Shown: positions 25,340 to 38,990 of the stretch, piece by piece | Numbering within the stretch: the first letter of the stretch is position 1 | Layout: each line of letters opens with the position of its first letter | Source of the DNA: Lytechinus pictus | Taxonomy: Eukaryota | Assembly: GCF_037042905.1 (NCBI RefSeq) | Contig: NC_087252.1 | Location: 25,670,001-25,734,000, forward strand | Direction of reading: 5' to 3' | Length of the DNA: 64,000 nt | Notes under the pieces: generated by a model | The model's database searches: none | What the model was told of the DNA's origin: nothing | Seen by the model: only the letters and a program-made list of their open reading frames with translations | Program-made: the position numbers and the translations under genes

Positions 25340-28300
25340 CTTCAATCACCGGGCGCGGGCGGGCCTGCGCATGCGCACTGATCGCTATCGTCCGTATAAT
25401 TATGCAAATTAACCAGCCGCCAAACGCAAACCGCAAATCTATGCCCGCCAATTGCAATTTGAAAAAGCCATCTTCACCGCGCCGTTAATTTGCACTGCAC
25501 ATTTTTATCGAGTGCGATAAAGAAGGATAAAGAAGGCCGTTTTAATAATAATTCAACCGCTGAAATCACAAGGACCAGATTTGGAAAATGACTTGAAAGC
25601 TAAGACATTCGCAGAAGGCTCTACAAGTAAGTTAACAATTTTTTTATGATTTTCTTTTCGTAGTTTGTTAAATGGCGCGGCTCGCAGCTACTGCTAGCTG
25701 TAGAGTTCGTCAGGACATCCTGTTACTGTTACTGCTCGCCAGCTCAGCCGGGCGTGGATGTGTGGCTTCCGTAGACGGCTGGTCAAGTCTGCGCACATAT
25801 ATCGATTATTGACCTTACGATTTGTGTTAAGATTTAACATGAATTTGTTTTTATTTCACAAAATCTTTCAGTTGATAATGTTCCATATTTCGTTATAAGT
25901 AAGTATGCAAAATTAATCTATTTCAAAAATGAGAGAGATATGTGATCGAATTAATGTGAAACTGATTTTCTTTGAAAAAATCTGAGACTCGGCCAGTTAA
26001 TGATTTTCAATTTCAGATTTAACATTAGGATAGTGGCAGTGGCCAGTGCCTCGTGTCTGCGCACCAATCACTTTACACACGATTTGAGGATTTTGATGAG
26101 AATCACAAGAAATGCCGAAAATCGAAATTCATTATTTTTTCCACCATTTAATAGTAAGATTTTTTCATGAATAGCTGTTTATCACTTTTTGAATTTGACT
26201 GTGTGTATTTCAGGAGAGGGAGACCCAAAACCGCCTGGAGTCATACTGAGCCTCCAGGAGGAGATGAAGTCAGTGAACATGACCTGGGGGCCGCTGGAGT
26301 ACCGGTAGTTTCCAGAAGAAGGCCCAGCTCAGAACCGCCAGGAGCTAGGAGTGGAGATCCGAATATTTTGTTGCTGCCCTCCGTGAGAGGAGGCTGTAAG
26401 TTAGGTAATTCAGATGTAAAGTTTTCTTTTGTGGTCTTTGTGTATCTTCTATTATGAGAATTATGGAAAAGAGATGGCGATTTCATGGTTTTAAACAATG
26501 ATTCTAATTCTAGAACTTTTTTTAGGCCTAATAATTTTTTTTGAGGAGCGCGATATTTTTGTACATAATGACCCAAGCCTAGTTTCACCACAGATTAATT
26601 AATAGCTACACAGCTGTTGCATTTACAATTTCAATAAAAATCTACAACAATTTAGCATTATTTACAATTGAGTGTGTCTAGAAAAGCAAATTCTGAGGAG
26701 CTCGATTGAGCTCCTCATGGAATTATAAACATGAACTTGTGAAGGACTGATCTCTGCGACATTGATTTCAGAAGAATTCCCAAGACCAAGTGAACTTAAT
26801 CATTTTTTTCATAAATATGATGATGTGCTGTTTATTATTATAGTTGAATCATTGATTCACAATCCCATGTATTTTTCTTAATGTGCAAATGGAATTTTAC
26901 AACACTCTGTAGTAACCCTTGCCCGCCTTAGGTGTAAACATGTATTGCTATTCACTGTAGTATAGACGCATTTGTTATTCACTGTTCATTGTACTGATTA
27001 TTTTTCTCTCCATTGTTTTTTTTTTAAATTCTTCAGATACATCGCATCTACAAGCAAAGAACGTGTGCCAGTACAGGAAAGGAATGCACCTGTCGCACGT
27101 GAACTCTTCAGAGGCAGTGAGGACAACAAGATCTGCAAGCAAGTGATCCTTTTTGTAAGAAAATTTCCAATTTGTACATTTCACAATTAATTTTTTAAAA
27201 GCCTTTGTACACATTTGGAGTATCAAGGCTTACGTAAAAATTAAATGTTTGCCCAAAAATCATTATGGGAAAGGTGGATTTCCGAGGGAAATCTATCTTT
27301 GTTTACACAGTTGTACGAGCAACCTTATAGGAGGCTTGTCTATGCTCCGTGATGAGAATACAATGTAAAAATGATAAAATTATCTTCATGGAGTCCTCTA
27401 GGCTAGCCAGTAACATGGGCCCATGCCCATCAATTTTAATTCATGCTTTTGTATAACCAAATGGCGTGAATTTTGAACTGGAAGTATAATTTCAGATTGA
27501 CCTCCGAAATGAAACTTGCACAATTAGTCTGAACTAAAATAACATTTCCTGATTTTTTTCTTAAATATGGAGGCTGATTTTTTTTTTTTTATCTTTGAAA
27601 TTAAATTGGTTCTCGTTGTTTTTTACCTCTGACTTACCAGTCTGTGTGGGGGTATCGTAGAAGTCGAATTAAAGGGATGGTCCAGGCTGGAAACATATCT
27701 CAATAAATAGAGTAAAATTCACAGAGCAAAATGCTGAAAACTTGATCAAAATTGGATAACTAATTAAGGTTTTGAATTTTAAAGATTTGCATTATTCCGG
27801 TGAAATAGTTCTAGGCATGTCTTTATGAAGATTCATTAGGTTGGCTGATGATGTCATATCCCAATTGCCCTTTTGTATTTTATTATATGAGATTAGGTTT
27901 ATTAAAATATTTTTAACCAAGAACTATTGACAATTGGATTGACAACTGATTAGGTGCATTAGTTATTGACGCAACTTATTTCATTACAATGGAGACGCAT
28001 CATTTACACATGTATGAAAAAATCAAACATTTATGATTTCATCTAGTAACATAAAAAAAGGAAAGTGGAGATGTGACATCAGCCCACCTGATGAATATTC
28101 ATGACGAAGTGCATACAACTGTTTTCACAAAATATTGATAAACTTTAAAATTCAATAACTTCTTGTTATCCTATTTTGATGAAATTGTCATCATTTTGCT
28201 CTGTGAATTTTACTCAAGTATTATTTAGATGTAAATATTTTCGGTCCGGACCATCCCTTTTAATCCTCGGATAAAATTTTTTATTTCAATTTTTTTTTGC

Positions 28301-29450
28301 TTTGTCTTGCGTTTTTAAACATGTTCTGGGAACTGTTTTTGAAAGTTGTCAGCATTAACAAGTTGTCTTTTTCCGACAGTTACCATAGTAACAGTCAGAG
28401 GCCAGTGCTTCTCAGCCAATCAAAAGCAATGATTTCACTGAAATAGTCGGCACTGACAATCATTAAATACCCATCAGATGTAAGCAGATAATGTGCAACA
28501 TAGACTCCTAGATACATATATGCAAACATACATAGTCTCAGTCTTTATTATTAAAATAAATGTATAGGTATAAGGTCGAGGCAATTTCATCTCTGCGATG
28601 TCAATTTCAGAAGTATTCCCAAGACCATGTGAACTTACTATACACGTTGTAATAAAAATGATGATGTGCTGTCTATCATTTATAATTGAATCATTGAAAT
28701 ATAGAACTTGGAGAAGTTTCACTATCCCATGTATTTTCTTTATGTGCAGATATAATTTTACACCACTGAAATTTTGTATTACGGTATTCACTGTACTTAT
28801 CAGTTTTCATTCCATTGGTTTTTTTTTTAATCTTCAGATACATCGCATCTACCAGCAAAGATCAAGTGCCACTACAGGAAAGGAAGGTACCTGTCTCACG
28901 TTTCCTCTTCAGAGCCACTGAGGGCCCCAAGATCTCAATAAATAATAATTAAAAAAAGACTCCTTTATCATTCCTTTAAAAATAGTACATATTATTTATT
29001 GAAGGTAAATGCTTAGATGCATTATATTCAAATTTTGTCTCCAAGCTAGCTTGTAAAAATTTGATTGACTACATATTTACTGTGTAAGTTAATGATCTTT
29101 GACACATAATACAAGAATTATACACAGCATGTTACAGTTTGTAACATAATTTTCTTTCATTAAATTCCTAGTTTTAATACCATATAGATTTTTTTTGTGA
29201 TTTTTGTCATTCTCTGATGTTTTTTGGTACAGATTTCAAGAGACTGAGGGATTGATTTACCAGAGCAAGTTTACAGTCCAATCCTGTTATATTGTTCATG
29301 TGGAAATTAACAAGGTTTCAATACAATGCTACAAATTTACCTTGATTCATTTCATCAGTCCTATGTGCAAGGATAATTATTTCACTTGTCCATGCACATT
29401 GTTATAACAGGAGTGGACATTCAATGTAAAGATAATTGAAGATAATTAAT
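25340..29450 (+). ncRNA. Predicted multi-exon, apparently non-coding transcript inside the EnSpm-like element
   Basis: CpG-rich promoter-like region 25340-25500; donors GTAAGT at 25627 and 26396, GTAAGA at 27155; polypyrimidine-CAG acceptors before 26214, 27037, 28838 and 29233; no convincing ORF. Confidence 0.5.
27673..28259. mobile_element. Kolobok-like MITE
   Basis: TTAA|AGGGATGGTCC ... GGACCATCCCT(T)|TTAA. Confidence 0.85.
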
Positions 29451-32400
29451 TGAAATAACCGCCTGAGAGGGGGGGTGTTGCTACCAATATTCTAATGTGT
29501 GTGTGCGCAAGGAAAACGAAGGAGTGATTATACGAGAAGAGTGAAAGATCAGAAATGTACATATCCACATGATTCATTTTTGTTTATGCTATACATTGCA
29601 GGGTGTTTCTAACTGGTAACACTTGACAATTTGTGTTTCCAACTGGTCCTAACTGGTGCTTCCAACTTGTTCTAACTGGCACCAGTTGACAACTGGTGTT
29701 TCCAACTGGTTTTAACTGGCACCAGTTGACCACTCATGTTTCCAACTTGTCATAACTGGCACCAGTTGACAATTGGTGTTTCCAACTGGTTTTAACTGGC
29801 ACCAGTTGACAACTCATGTTTCCAACTGGTCCTTACTGGCACCAGTTGACAATTTGTGTTTCCAACTGGTTTTAACTGGCACCAGTTGACAACTCTTGTT
29901 TCCAATTGGTCCTAGCTGGTACCAGTTGCCAACCGGTATCAGTTAGGACCAGTTGCCAACTGGTATTTCCAACTGGTACCAGTTACAATTTGTCAACTGG
30001 ATTCCAGTTGATTCCAGTATTCCAATTTCCATATTGAATCCAGTTCGCTAACTGGAATCAACTGGTACCTGTTAACCTGTACCAGTTGGATGAACTGGTC
30101 CTTAACTGTTTTTTTGACCTGGGCTGTGACAACACATAACACAAGAAAGACAAATTATTCACAGGCGTAAATATTCATATCTGAATGATACACGCTTTAC
30201 AACCCAGGATAACAACAACAACAACAAAACGTTATTCTTCATCAATGATATTGTGGGGTCTTTGTTAATATTTTTTGTTTGTTTTTATTATTTGTTAAAA
30301 TTACCTGTTTTGAAATAATTAGAGCAAAGACTACACCATATTTCCATGCTATTCAGTGTTTATGAGATTGCAGGGCCCTTGTTTTGATGTTGTTGTGTTT
30401 TTAATGATTTTTATAACTGGGTCTGGAGGAAAGACTACGCTATATCATTAGTATTCATCATTTTTTATTTGAAAGATCTGGGTCTGGATGAAAGACTACG
30501 CTATATTTACATGTTTACATTACATATTACATTACAATATTTTACATTACATTACAATATTTACATATTTACATTACAAGAATAACAAGCTGTTGAAAAT
30601 GAACAAAAGCTGTGGCAAAAATAGTCAATCCTGACTGGTTGCCATCCAAGGAAAGAAGAAGAAGAGAAGAAGAAGTTATTCAACATTAATAAGATTGTGG
30701 GGCCTTTGTATTGTGGCGGCTCTCCGTCTTAGAACGGGTCCTGGATGCGCGCTGGGGGCCGCGAATATTTTTTTCCGTACATGGGAAAGCTATGGTGCAT
30801 GAATTATTCATAAGTTGATCTACAAAACTGAAGTGTGCAGGCGCATGGACTTCACGATAGTTCTCTAGCTTCATCAATTTGTACATGAACGCACGAATGG
30901 CGATTTCTCTCTCTCCCCTCTCTCTTGCAATCTCTCTCCCTCTCACTCTCTCTGTCTTAGCACATCGCCACTCTCTCTGTTTCTTTATGAATCATGAATG
31001 CATTGACTCGCGTAATGTCCTCGTCATCCACCCCCCCCCTCCCCCCCCCTCTGTTCCTTTCTCTCTAGTATCACACTCTCCCCCTCACTCTTTTTTCTCT
31101 CAACCTCTCTCTCACAATCTCTCCCCTTCTATCACATCTCGCCTTTTCCCTCCATCCAACCTCCCCGCTCAAATTTGTCAATGTAAATATTCACACAGCT
31201 GAAGTTTTCCTCAACTGTCAAGAAAACCACGGGTCTCAAATGTAAATTTCGCCACATTCAATATTATTTTACATTGCTATATCGATTTACACAATCACTT
31301 TCGGTTTATTTCATAATAAAAAGGTTCTTGTCCTAATCTAAACCTAAACAGTTTAGATAATATTATACGCAACTTACATGCAATTTAAGTCGTGTAATAT
31401 TCCAGGTTTGAACCCCTTCATTCACTTTTCTTTTACAGGACGTAGTTGATTAATTTGTCCACCTAGGGTCAAAGTGATTTTTATTTTGTCTTTTTGAAAA
31501 CTCACAATATTTTTCTATAGGCCTATTTTCTTTTTGTTGTATTGTTCGTTTTTTATTTCCTTTGCTTATGTACACATGTAACAGGGCCTATTCCCTGTAT
31601 AAACAGGACTTGATAATAATAATAATATTATCATTATTATTAGTTGAATCAAAAGTTCAAAACATCAAAGTGGAGAAGGTAAGTAATAGAAAAATACTGA
31701 GAGGATACATCGTTCCTATATTTACACAACAGACCAAAATGTTCATCCTTGCTAAATATATAATGTATTCGAAATAAGCATTTATTCAATAAACACTATA
31801 TTAGATGAAGCACGCATCATGAAGTAATTAATGATATGCAGGGCAGCATAAGTAACTTTAGAAAAATAGATTGAAAACACTAAGTAAGAGTAACATCATG
31901 AATAAAAAAAACTTTATTGAAGAAGATCAAGTTTTAGAATGCTGTAAACGCCCTAGGTAAATTGCGCTCTCTAATGGAGAGTTGTTTAAAAACGCCCTAG
32001 TGTTATGTGATGATAAGACATATCTCACATATTTAATATTATATCAATACATAATCAATACTTAATCAATGCTTCTACAGGAAGTATACCAGCTCCAACT
32101 TTCATTTGAAAGTATTACTCATTCTTCTTCCAGCTAAACTTCTGACGCACACACATTTTATGGGTTTCTTTATATTCACTACATTTCATGTTCTCCCTAA
32201 AAGGTCGACTCCTCCAATTCAGAGTAAAGTTATGATGTACAGATTGTTTTGGTCAAGCGTCCAAGGTTGACCAACACCTGTTTGGCTGTAAAGAGTCTAG
32301 ACCAGACCAATATAAAAGGGGTTCACTTCTGAACCCAAATCAGAATGCAGATTGGTTTACAGATTACTTTAGAGATTGTTCCAGCATACAGACAGCTACA

Positions 32401-32644
32401 GAAGAGTTTATATTTTATACTGCATAATTTATATTATCTTCATCTTAAGAGTAGTCACCATCAGACTTACTCATGTTCCTGTATTACTTGTTATCATCAT
32501 CATCAACTTATTTATAATCTTCAATATATGTATATATGAACTGTACAGGCTTTGTATTGCTTCGTCTCATTTAAGTCTGGTTGAAAGTAAAAGGGCAATC
32601 GATCCGACAACAACACAACACTAGCATACTATATAAATTATATA

Positions 32645-35600
32645 CCCAGGTAACAATACAGCGTTGGACCAACGTTGGATCAACGTTGGGAATTTTTTTC
32701 CCAACGTTGCCTCAACGTTGGCAGGCCAACGTTGCATCATCGATAGAAGTGCACGCGCATACATCGTCAGACCAACAACATTTCCAACGTCAGTTCAACG
32801 TTGTCCAGCAACAATGTTTCAACGTTGTCTGGCAACGTTGATCCAATGTTGGCTAAATAGTCAAATACAACATTGCTACAACGTTGGTAAGCAACGTTGC
32901 ATCATCGATAGAAGTGCACGTCCATACATCGTCAGACCAACAACATTTCCAACGTCAGTTCAACGTTGTCCACCATCAATGCTCCAACGTTGATATAATG
33001 TCGGCTGAGTCATCAATAACAGCATTGCTGCAACGTTGATGGGCAACGTTGAAGCAGCGATGGACGTGCACTTGCATACATCGTCAGTCCAACTATGTTT
33101 ACAACGTTGGTTCAACGCTGTCCAGCAACAATGCTCCAACGTTGTCTGGCAACATTGCTCCAACATTGTTACAACGTTGTCACAACGTTGCTCCAACATT
33201 GCTCCAACGTTATTCCAACGTATGGCAGTAATTAACAAAACATTAATTGGTTTCAAGGTGAAGTCCACCATTACAACTCTTCACTCTAATCTTTATCATC
33301 ATGTCTTATCCTATCCTAAAATCCTACATCCTAATCCTATATCCTATTCCTATCATCCTTCACCTATCCACTGTATCCTGTCATTGACTCCTATATATAG
33401 AGCAACTTTGCTATACTTGGCAGAATACAGTTAATATCATTTTCCACACTTAACCTTGAATATTTCACTTAGAATAATATGTTTTGATTATAAATGATAT
33501 GGTAATGGAGCCACATACTTTTCTGAAACTTTTCATGGTGGAAATATTGAATAAACATAAATACTCTAATTATTATAGCAATATTACCTAAAATTTTGGT
33601 CATTTACTGATGTAATGAATATTCATGAGTGCATAATCATTGTCCAGATGAGGCAGGTTTGGCAGCGTTGGTCCAATGTTGGTCCAACGTTGGGTGACGT
33701 TGATCCAACGTTGGTATAATGTTGGTCCAATGTTGATGGAAAGTTGATTCAACTTTAGTCCAATGTTAGCGTAAACGTTGATTCAATGTTTGTCTAATAT
33801 CGGTTAAATGTTGTTGTACAACGCCTACTTAGCTTGTTGTACGCGAGCAAATGGGAGGCTGAATGTCAAACATTCGTACCGTTGCACAAAAGACGTACCA
33901 TCCAAAATGTACCGTCCAAAGTGTACCGTTGCACGACTTTAGGAGGTGACGTCACAATACGATTTAATTCATTGCGCTCGGTAAAAATGAACAATACGCG
34001 TATAAGCCAGCTGGCTAAATGCGCAAGGCTGCCCAAGGTCATGTGCGCTTGTGGGATTTTGCTTTCTGCTTTCGGTATTTTTGCTCCCTTTTCATAGATT
34101 ACTATAGGGATAAACTCTTTGTTTTTTCATATTTTCGCTAAATTTCGAGGCGTTGTACAACACAAATAGCGAATATTCTTATTCGTGCAAAGGTGCGAGA
34201 TTTCGCATTCGGTGAAAGAAAGAAACGCTCTATTCAACTCGGCTCACGCCTCGTTGAATAGAGCATCTTTCTTTCACCTCATGCGAAATCTCGCACCATC
34301 GCACTCATGCCTATTCGCTATTTGTATATTGTAACGTTGATTCTTTGTTGGTCTAATTTTAAACAAATCCAACGATGCGCCATCTCCATCAAACAGTTTT
34401 CAACACTGTGCCATCATCATCTGTAACCTGTTCATGATTCTATCAAAAAACATTACAACTATTATTACAGCTATTTATTTCTTTTCATTCTTTCTGTTAC
34501 AAGTCTCTTCACATAATTAAGAGGAATCAAGAGAATTACGTGCGATATTTATTTATCACAAAAACTCACATGTGTAATTGCAGTCTCTCAGTATTTACAA
34601 AATCTAAAAGGAAGGTCGCGTAACTTGGCCTCACTCAGAGTAACGTAACTACTGCCTACTGTAACTAAAGAGTGCCTCTTTTTTATTAAGATAGAAGTCA
34701 ACTGATATCTCAATATGCATGGCCATGGCCCAGTCTCGCTCGTGCCATAACTATTAAATGATATTTCAGCGTCAAGTGTAGCATGCTTCACATAGCAACT
34801 ACAGGTTTGACTGCAGTTGGAAAACACTCGGTCCAGGCTAGGCCAGGCAGGACCGACCAGGTCAATTCAAGGCAGCGTATAATAAATAAGGCAGGAATGC
34901 CAGGTAGCAAGTCATTGGGTGATTTCAAGTACGGTGTACGGTGTTGAGAGCGTGAAAGGGCTGCTGAACTGAGCTCCAACACCAAGCGTAATATTATTTT
35001 TCATTGAAATGTATTAAAACTCTAATGATTTGCTCTCATCTTAAATGTAAAAGATAATTTTACGGAGATGGTTCGTCGTGTTCGCCCCCTGTTCGTGAGC
35101 TACAGTTCATCAACACCAACACTGAACTTTAAATCACGATTCTCCCAATCCCTGGGGGCCGGTGTTGCTGAATGGGGAAATTGCTTGTAGATCATCAACA
35201 CCATGCAGCCACAGTGCAGTGTTGGGTTCAGCAGATGACAATCAACACCAGCCTTCAACACAAACTGCCGGAAATACACCATATTTTCCAAGGTCAATCT
35301 CAACACCAGCCTGATTCAAGTACGGTGTTGTCACAACTCCAATCAACACCAGATTTCAACACTATAGCTGTACTTGAAATTATTGAAATCACCCAATGAC
35401 TGTTGCCTTGCCCTTGGTATCGCATACTCGTTCCCACTCACACGTATTGCGAGGTTAGTATTATATTAGTCACTCACACAAGCTAATTACGAGGTTAGTT
35501 AGTATGTTATACTGTGCAGTGACTGGTGTTAAGTACTACTTTACTACTACTTACACGAATATAGTAGCGTCGGACTGTACGCGCACAGAAGCTGACTCCG

Positions 35601-37732
35601 GGATCTTTCGGAGGGGATCAATGGTTGCAGTTACCGATTATCTGCAAGTGCAAAGAAAATTCCACTGTAGATTGTAGGTCCTAAATATGCAGCTTATAAG
35701 TACTGTTCCAGATCACTAGATATTCTGGAATTCAATTGTCTATATCCACTATCCAGTCCAAATTCTACCAGATTCTTCAAGTTCAAAATTGAAGGAAGCA
35801 GACTACACAGACATGACAGAAGGAGTCCGACGTCGAGACTAATTCTGCGCATCAGAATAGTATGGTATTTTTAAATAGGCACATTTGATGCTTGTATTTC
35901 CTTCTTCAATTTCTTCTAGTTATGTGACGGTAGGCCTATATGAATTATCTCGTACTTACTGTGAAAGGCCGAGCCAGCTGCAAAGGACGAGGGCGTTTCT
36001 GGAAATTCTGGTCTTGAACTACATTTTTTTTCTTGTTTTTCTCCTTTATTTTCTATATTAATCGACACATTTGCATCCCCCGGTGCATGCAGCCTCTCTA
36101 TTCTACCCCATCTTTATTTTTGTTTTCCCCTTAGACTTAGTTTTAGTTCCTCTTTCCCTTCCCATTATTTTCCTTCTCTCTCGATTTCTTTTCCCCTTAT
36201 TGCTGGGGGATACCAAGGGTGACATGGATAGACAAGCAAACTTACTTGATCGACCCCCCCCCCCCCCCCTTGGCCCCATTAATAATTATGCGAGTAGTCG
36301 TCTGTATATCATTATCAATTCTCCAATGAACCAGTTTCTAACGTTCTCAACACTGTGTATATTATGCCGGGATATTATGTTGACTGTCAAACAAATATCC
36401 AACAAACTATAGTTTCCAACATTGTGTCAATGTTAACTGTCAACAACTCTCCAATAAACTATTCCAATTACGCTGTCCACGTTGTGCCATTGTCCGTTGT
36501 TCAACAACTCTCCGTCAAACTAGTTTCCACTCCTTTGTCAACGTTGTGCCATTGTCGACTGTCCAACAAATCTCCAAGAAAATAGTTTCCAACGTTGTTC
36601 CTTTGTCGGTTGTTCAGCAACTCTCCATCGAACTAGTTTCCGACGTAGTCAACGCTGTGCCTTTGTTGGCTGTTCAACACCTATCCAATCAAACACGCGT
36701 TTCCAACGTTGTGACGTTGTTGGCTGTCCAGCAAATCTCCAACACACTAGTTTCCAATGTTGTGCCATTGTCTGTTGTTCAACAACTTTCCAACGTTGCC
36801 AACGTTGTGTCATCGTCGACTATCCTACTGATCTCCAATCTACCAGTTTCCAACGTTGTGCCAGTGTCCGAGTTGTTCAACAACCTCCCATCTAACTAGT
36901 TTCCAGCTTTATCAACGTTGTGTCATTGTATACTATCTAACTAATCTCCAATCTACCAGTTTCCAACGTTGTGCCATCGTCGACTATCCAACAAATCTCC
37001 ATCGAACTAGTTTCTAGCTTTGACAACGTTGTGCCATAGTTGGTTGTTCAACAACTTTCCATCGAACTAGTTTCCAACGTTGCCAACCTTGTGTCATCGT
37101 CGACTATCCAACTAATCTCCAACCTACTAGTTTTCATCGTTGTGCAATTGTCGACTGTCCAACAACTCTCCAACTAACAAGTTTCCAACGTTGCCAACGT
37201 CGTGTCATTGTTGATTGTTCAACAACTTTCCAGCGAACTAGTTTCCAACGTTGCCAACGTTGTACCTTTGCTGGCTGTCAACAACTATCCAATCAAACGT
37301 GTCTCCAACGTTGAGACATTGTCGACTGTCCAACAACTCTCCAACTTACTAGTCTCCAACGTTGTGCCATTGTCGACCGTCCAACAAATCTCCAACAAAC
37401 TAGTTTCCAACTTTGTCGACGTTGTGCCATTGTCGGTTATTCAACAACTTTCCAGCGAACTAGTTTCCAACGTTGCCAACGTTGTGCCTTTGCTGGCTGT
37501 TCAACAACTATCCAATCAAACGTGTTTCCAACGTTGTGACATTGTCGACTGTCCAACAACTCTCCAACTAACAAGTTTCCAACGTTGCCAACGTCGTGTC
37601 ATTGTTGATTGTCCATCATCTTTCCATCAAACTAGTTTCCAACGTCGATTCAACGTTAATCCATCAAGTTTTTCCAACGTCCAACGACTTTCAAGTTTCC
37701 AACGTGGAGCCAACGTTGGCTTGTTACCTGGG
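32645..37732. mobile_element. 5.1-kb non-autonomous EnSpm/CACTA-like element, TSD TA
   Basis: TA|CCCAGGTAACAA ... TTGTTACCTGGG|TA; CAACGTTG subterminal arrays at 32660-33220, 33660-33810 and 36330-37720. Confidence 0.88.
34160..34325. mobile_element. Palindromic MITE (Crypton-like)
   Basis: AAATAGCGAATA..GGTGCGAGATTTCGCAT..GGTGAAAGAAAGA..CTCTATTCAAC mirrored around a central GGCTCACGCC. Confidence 0.7.
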
Positions 37733-38229
37733 TAATTATATAAATTTATATAATTATATATAGTATTGTTTTATAAGATAATGTTTGCGATGCAATTGTT
37801 TCACTGAGTGTTGCCAAGTAATTGCCAAGCAATGACCCGTTTTGCATCGTTTAAGAAAAAAGTTCACCCTGAAGAAAAGTCTGGTGCAAAACACACACAA
37901 AAAAGATTGGTGAAAAGATGACAAAATGTTATCTAAAATGCAAATATTTCAATTTTTCAAGGATTCATGATGATTAATCTTTTTTTCGGGAGCAAAATAA
38001 TTTGCATGTAAATTACAGAAGGCACAATCAATAGTATTTGCTTTTTTTAACATTACATTTCTTTGATATGTTATTTTTGTGCTATTTTCATGACATTTTT
38101 TGTCAGTTTGTAGCGTTTTAATGAACCTTTTAGGGTTTATTTTCTATCTCCGTCAATTTTGTTGATATTTGAAATCCGTAAAAAAATTACGGTAGGTGCA
38201 TTTCAAGAGACAAAGTTGATGAAAGGTTT

Positions 38230-38990
38230 TTCTTGGAGAATAGATTTTCAAAATTGAGGCCGAATGACAGAAACTCCTTTAATATTTAAAACAAAGTTTC
38301 AATCTGCTCGTTAATCTAAGTTCTTGGTATAACTTCATTGAAATCGAATGAAAACCGATTAAAATTTGAAGAGAGTTAGTACATGTATGTAAAAAGCATA
38401 TAAGCTTTTCATGTGATTTGGATGCATACGGTATAACCATCGAGGTAGAAAATGGTATAACTAAATCTAAATCATTTAAACCGAAATTACTTGCTTGAAG
38501 CTCTTGAGATGTCAAGTCTTCATGATCAACATTTAGATTCAACATAAGTGTTTATTTCCAAAGGTACAGGCGTCAATACATTTCTATAAAAGTTATTGGC
38601 CTAATCAATAGAAGTATACGATGCTCAGTAAGCAACTTGTAACGAGTGCACCGTGACATTAAAAAAATACTTAAAAAAGGACTGTCAAGCAATTGAAAAT
38701 CGTTTAAAGCTGGGGACAAAAGTGTTGGAATTATACTGTAGTAAACTCTGAAGTCGAATTTCTCTGAAATGGGTTTGCACTGTCGTATACATGTATGAGG
38801 GATGATCACAGACGACATGGTCATCTGAAAATATATATAAATTATAATCAATTTGAACTTACCTCTAAAGTAGCTTTCGAACAGTCAACATTGTTAGGCT
38901 CACACAATCCACACTGAGAAATCATGACAGCAATTTTACGGTAGGCAGCACAAAATTAATATCATTATGAGTGATGGCAAAAAAAAATGG
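38230..38990 (-). pseudogene. Decayed LRR gene (signal peptide, LRR N-cap, LRRs) inside the long-TIR element; probably continues at ~32600-32200
   Basis: LPSLIMILILCCLP, then SQCGLCEPNNVDCSKATLE with donor GTAAG at 38862 and acceptor before 38824. Then IIPTLLSPALNDFQLLDSPFLS and LTEHRILLLIRPITFIEMY*RLYLWK. Beyond the nested element: LSVCWNNL and TLDQNNL. Confidence 0.55.

Larger units (their letters stand above)
21989..30123. mobile_element. 8.1-kb non-autonomous EnSpm/CACTA-like element (CCCAG...CTGGG), 2-bp TSD CT
   Basis: CT|CCCAGGTAAAAAAA ... TTTTTTTGACCTGGG|CT; dense CCAGTT/AACTGG subterminal repeats at 22017-22705 and 29610-30110; no transposase. Confidence 0.85.

Noticed and set aside
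36355..37735. Repetitive ORFs (VVPLSVVQQLS...)
   Set aside because: Translations of the CAACGTTG subterminal array; the same applies to ORFs at 32581-33434.
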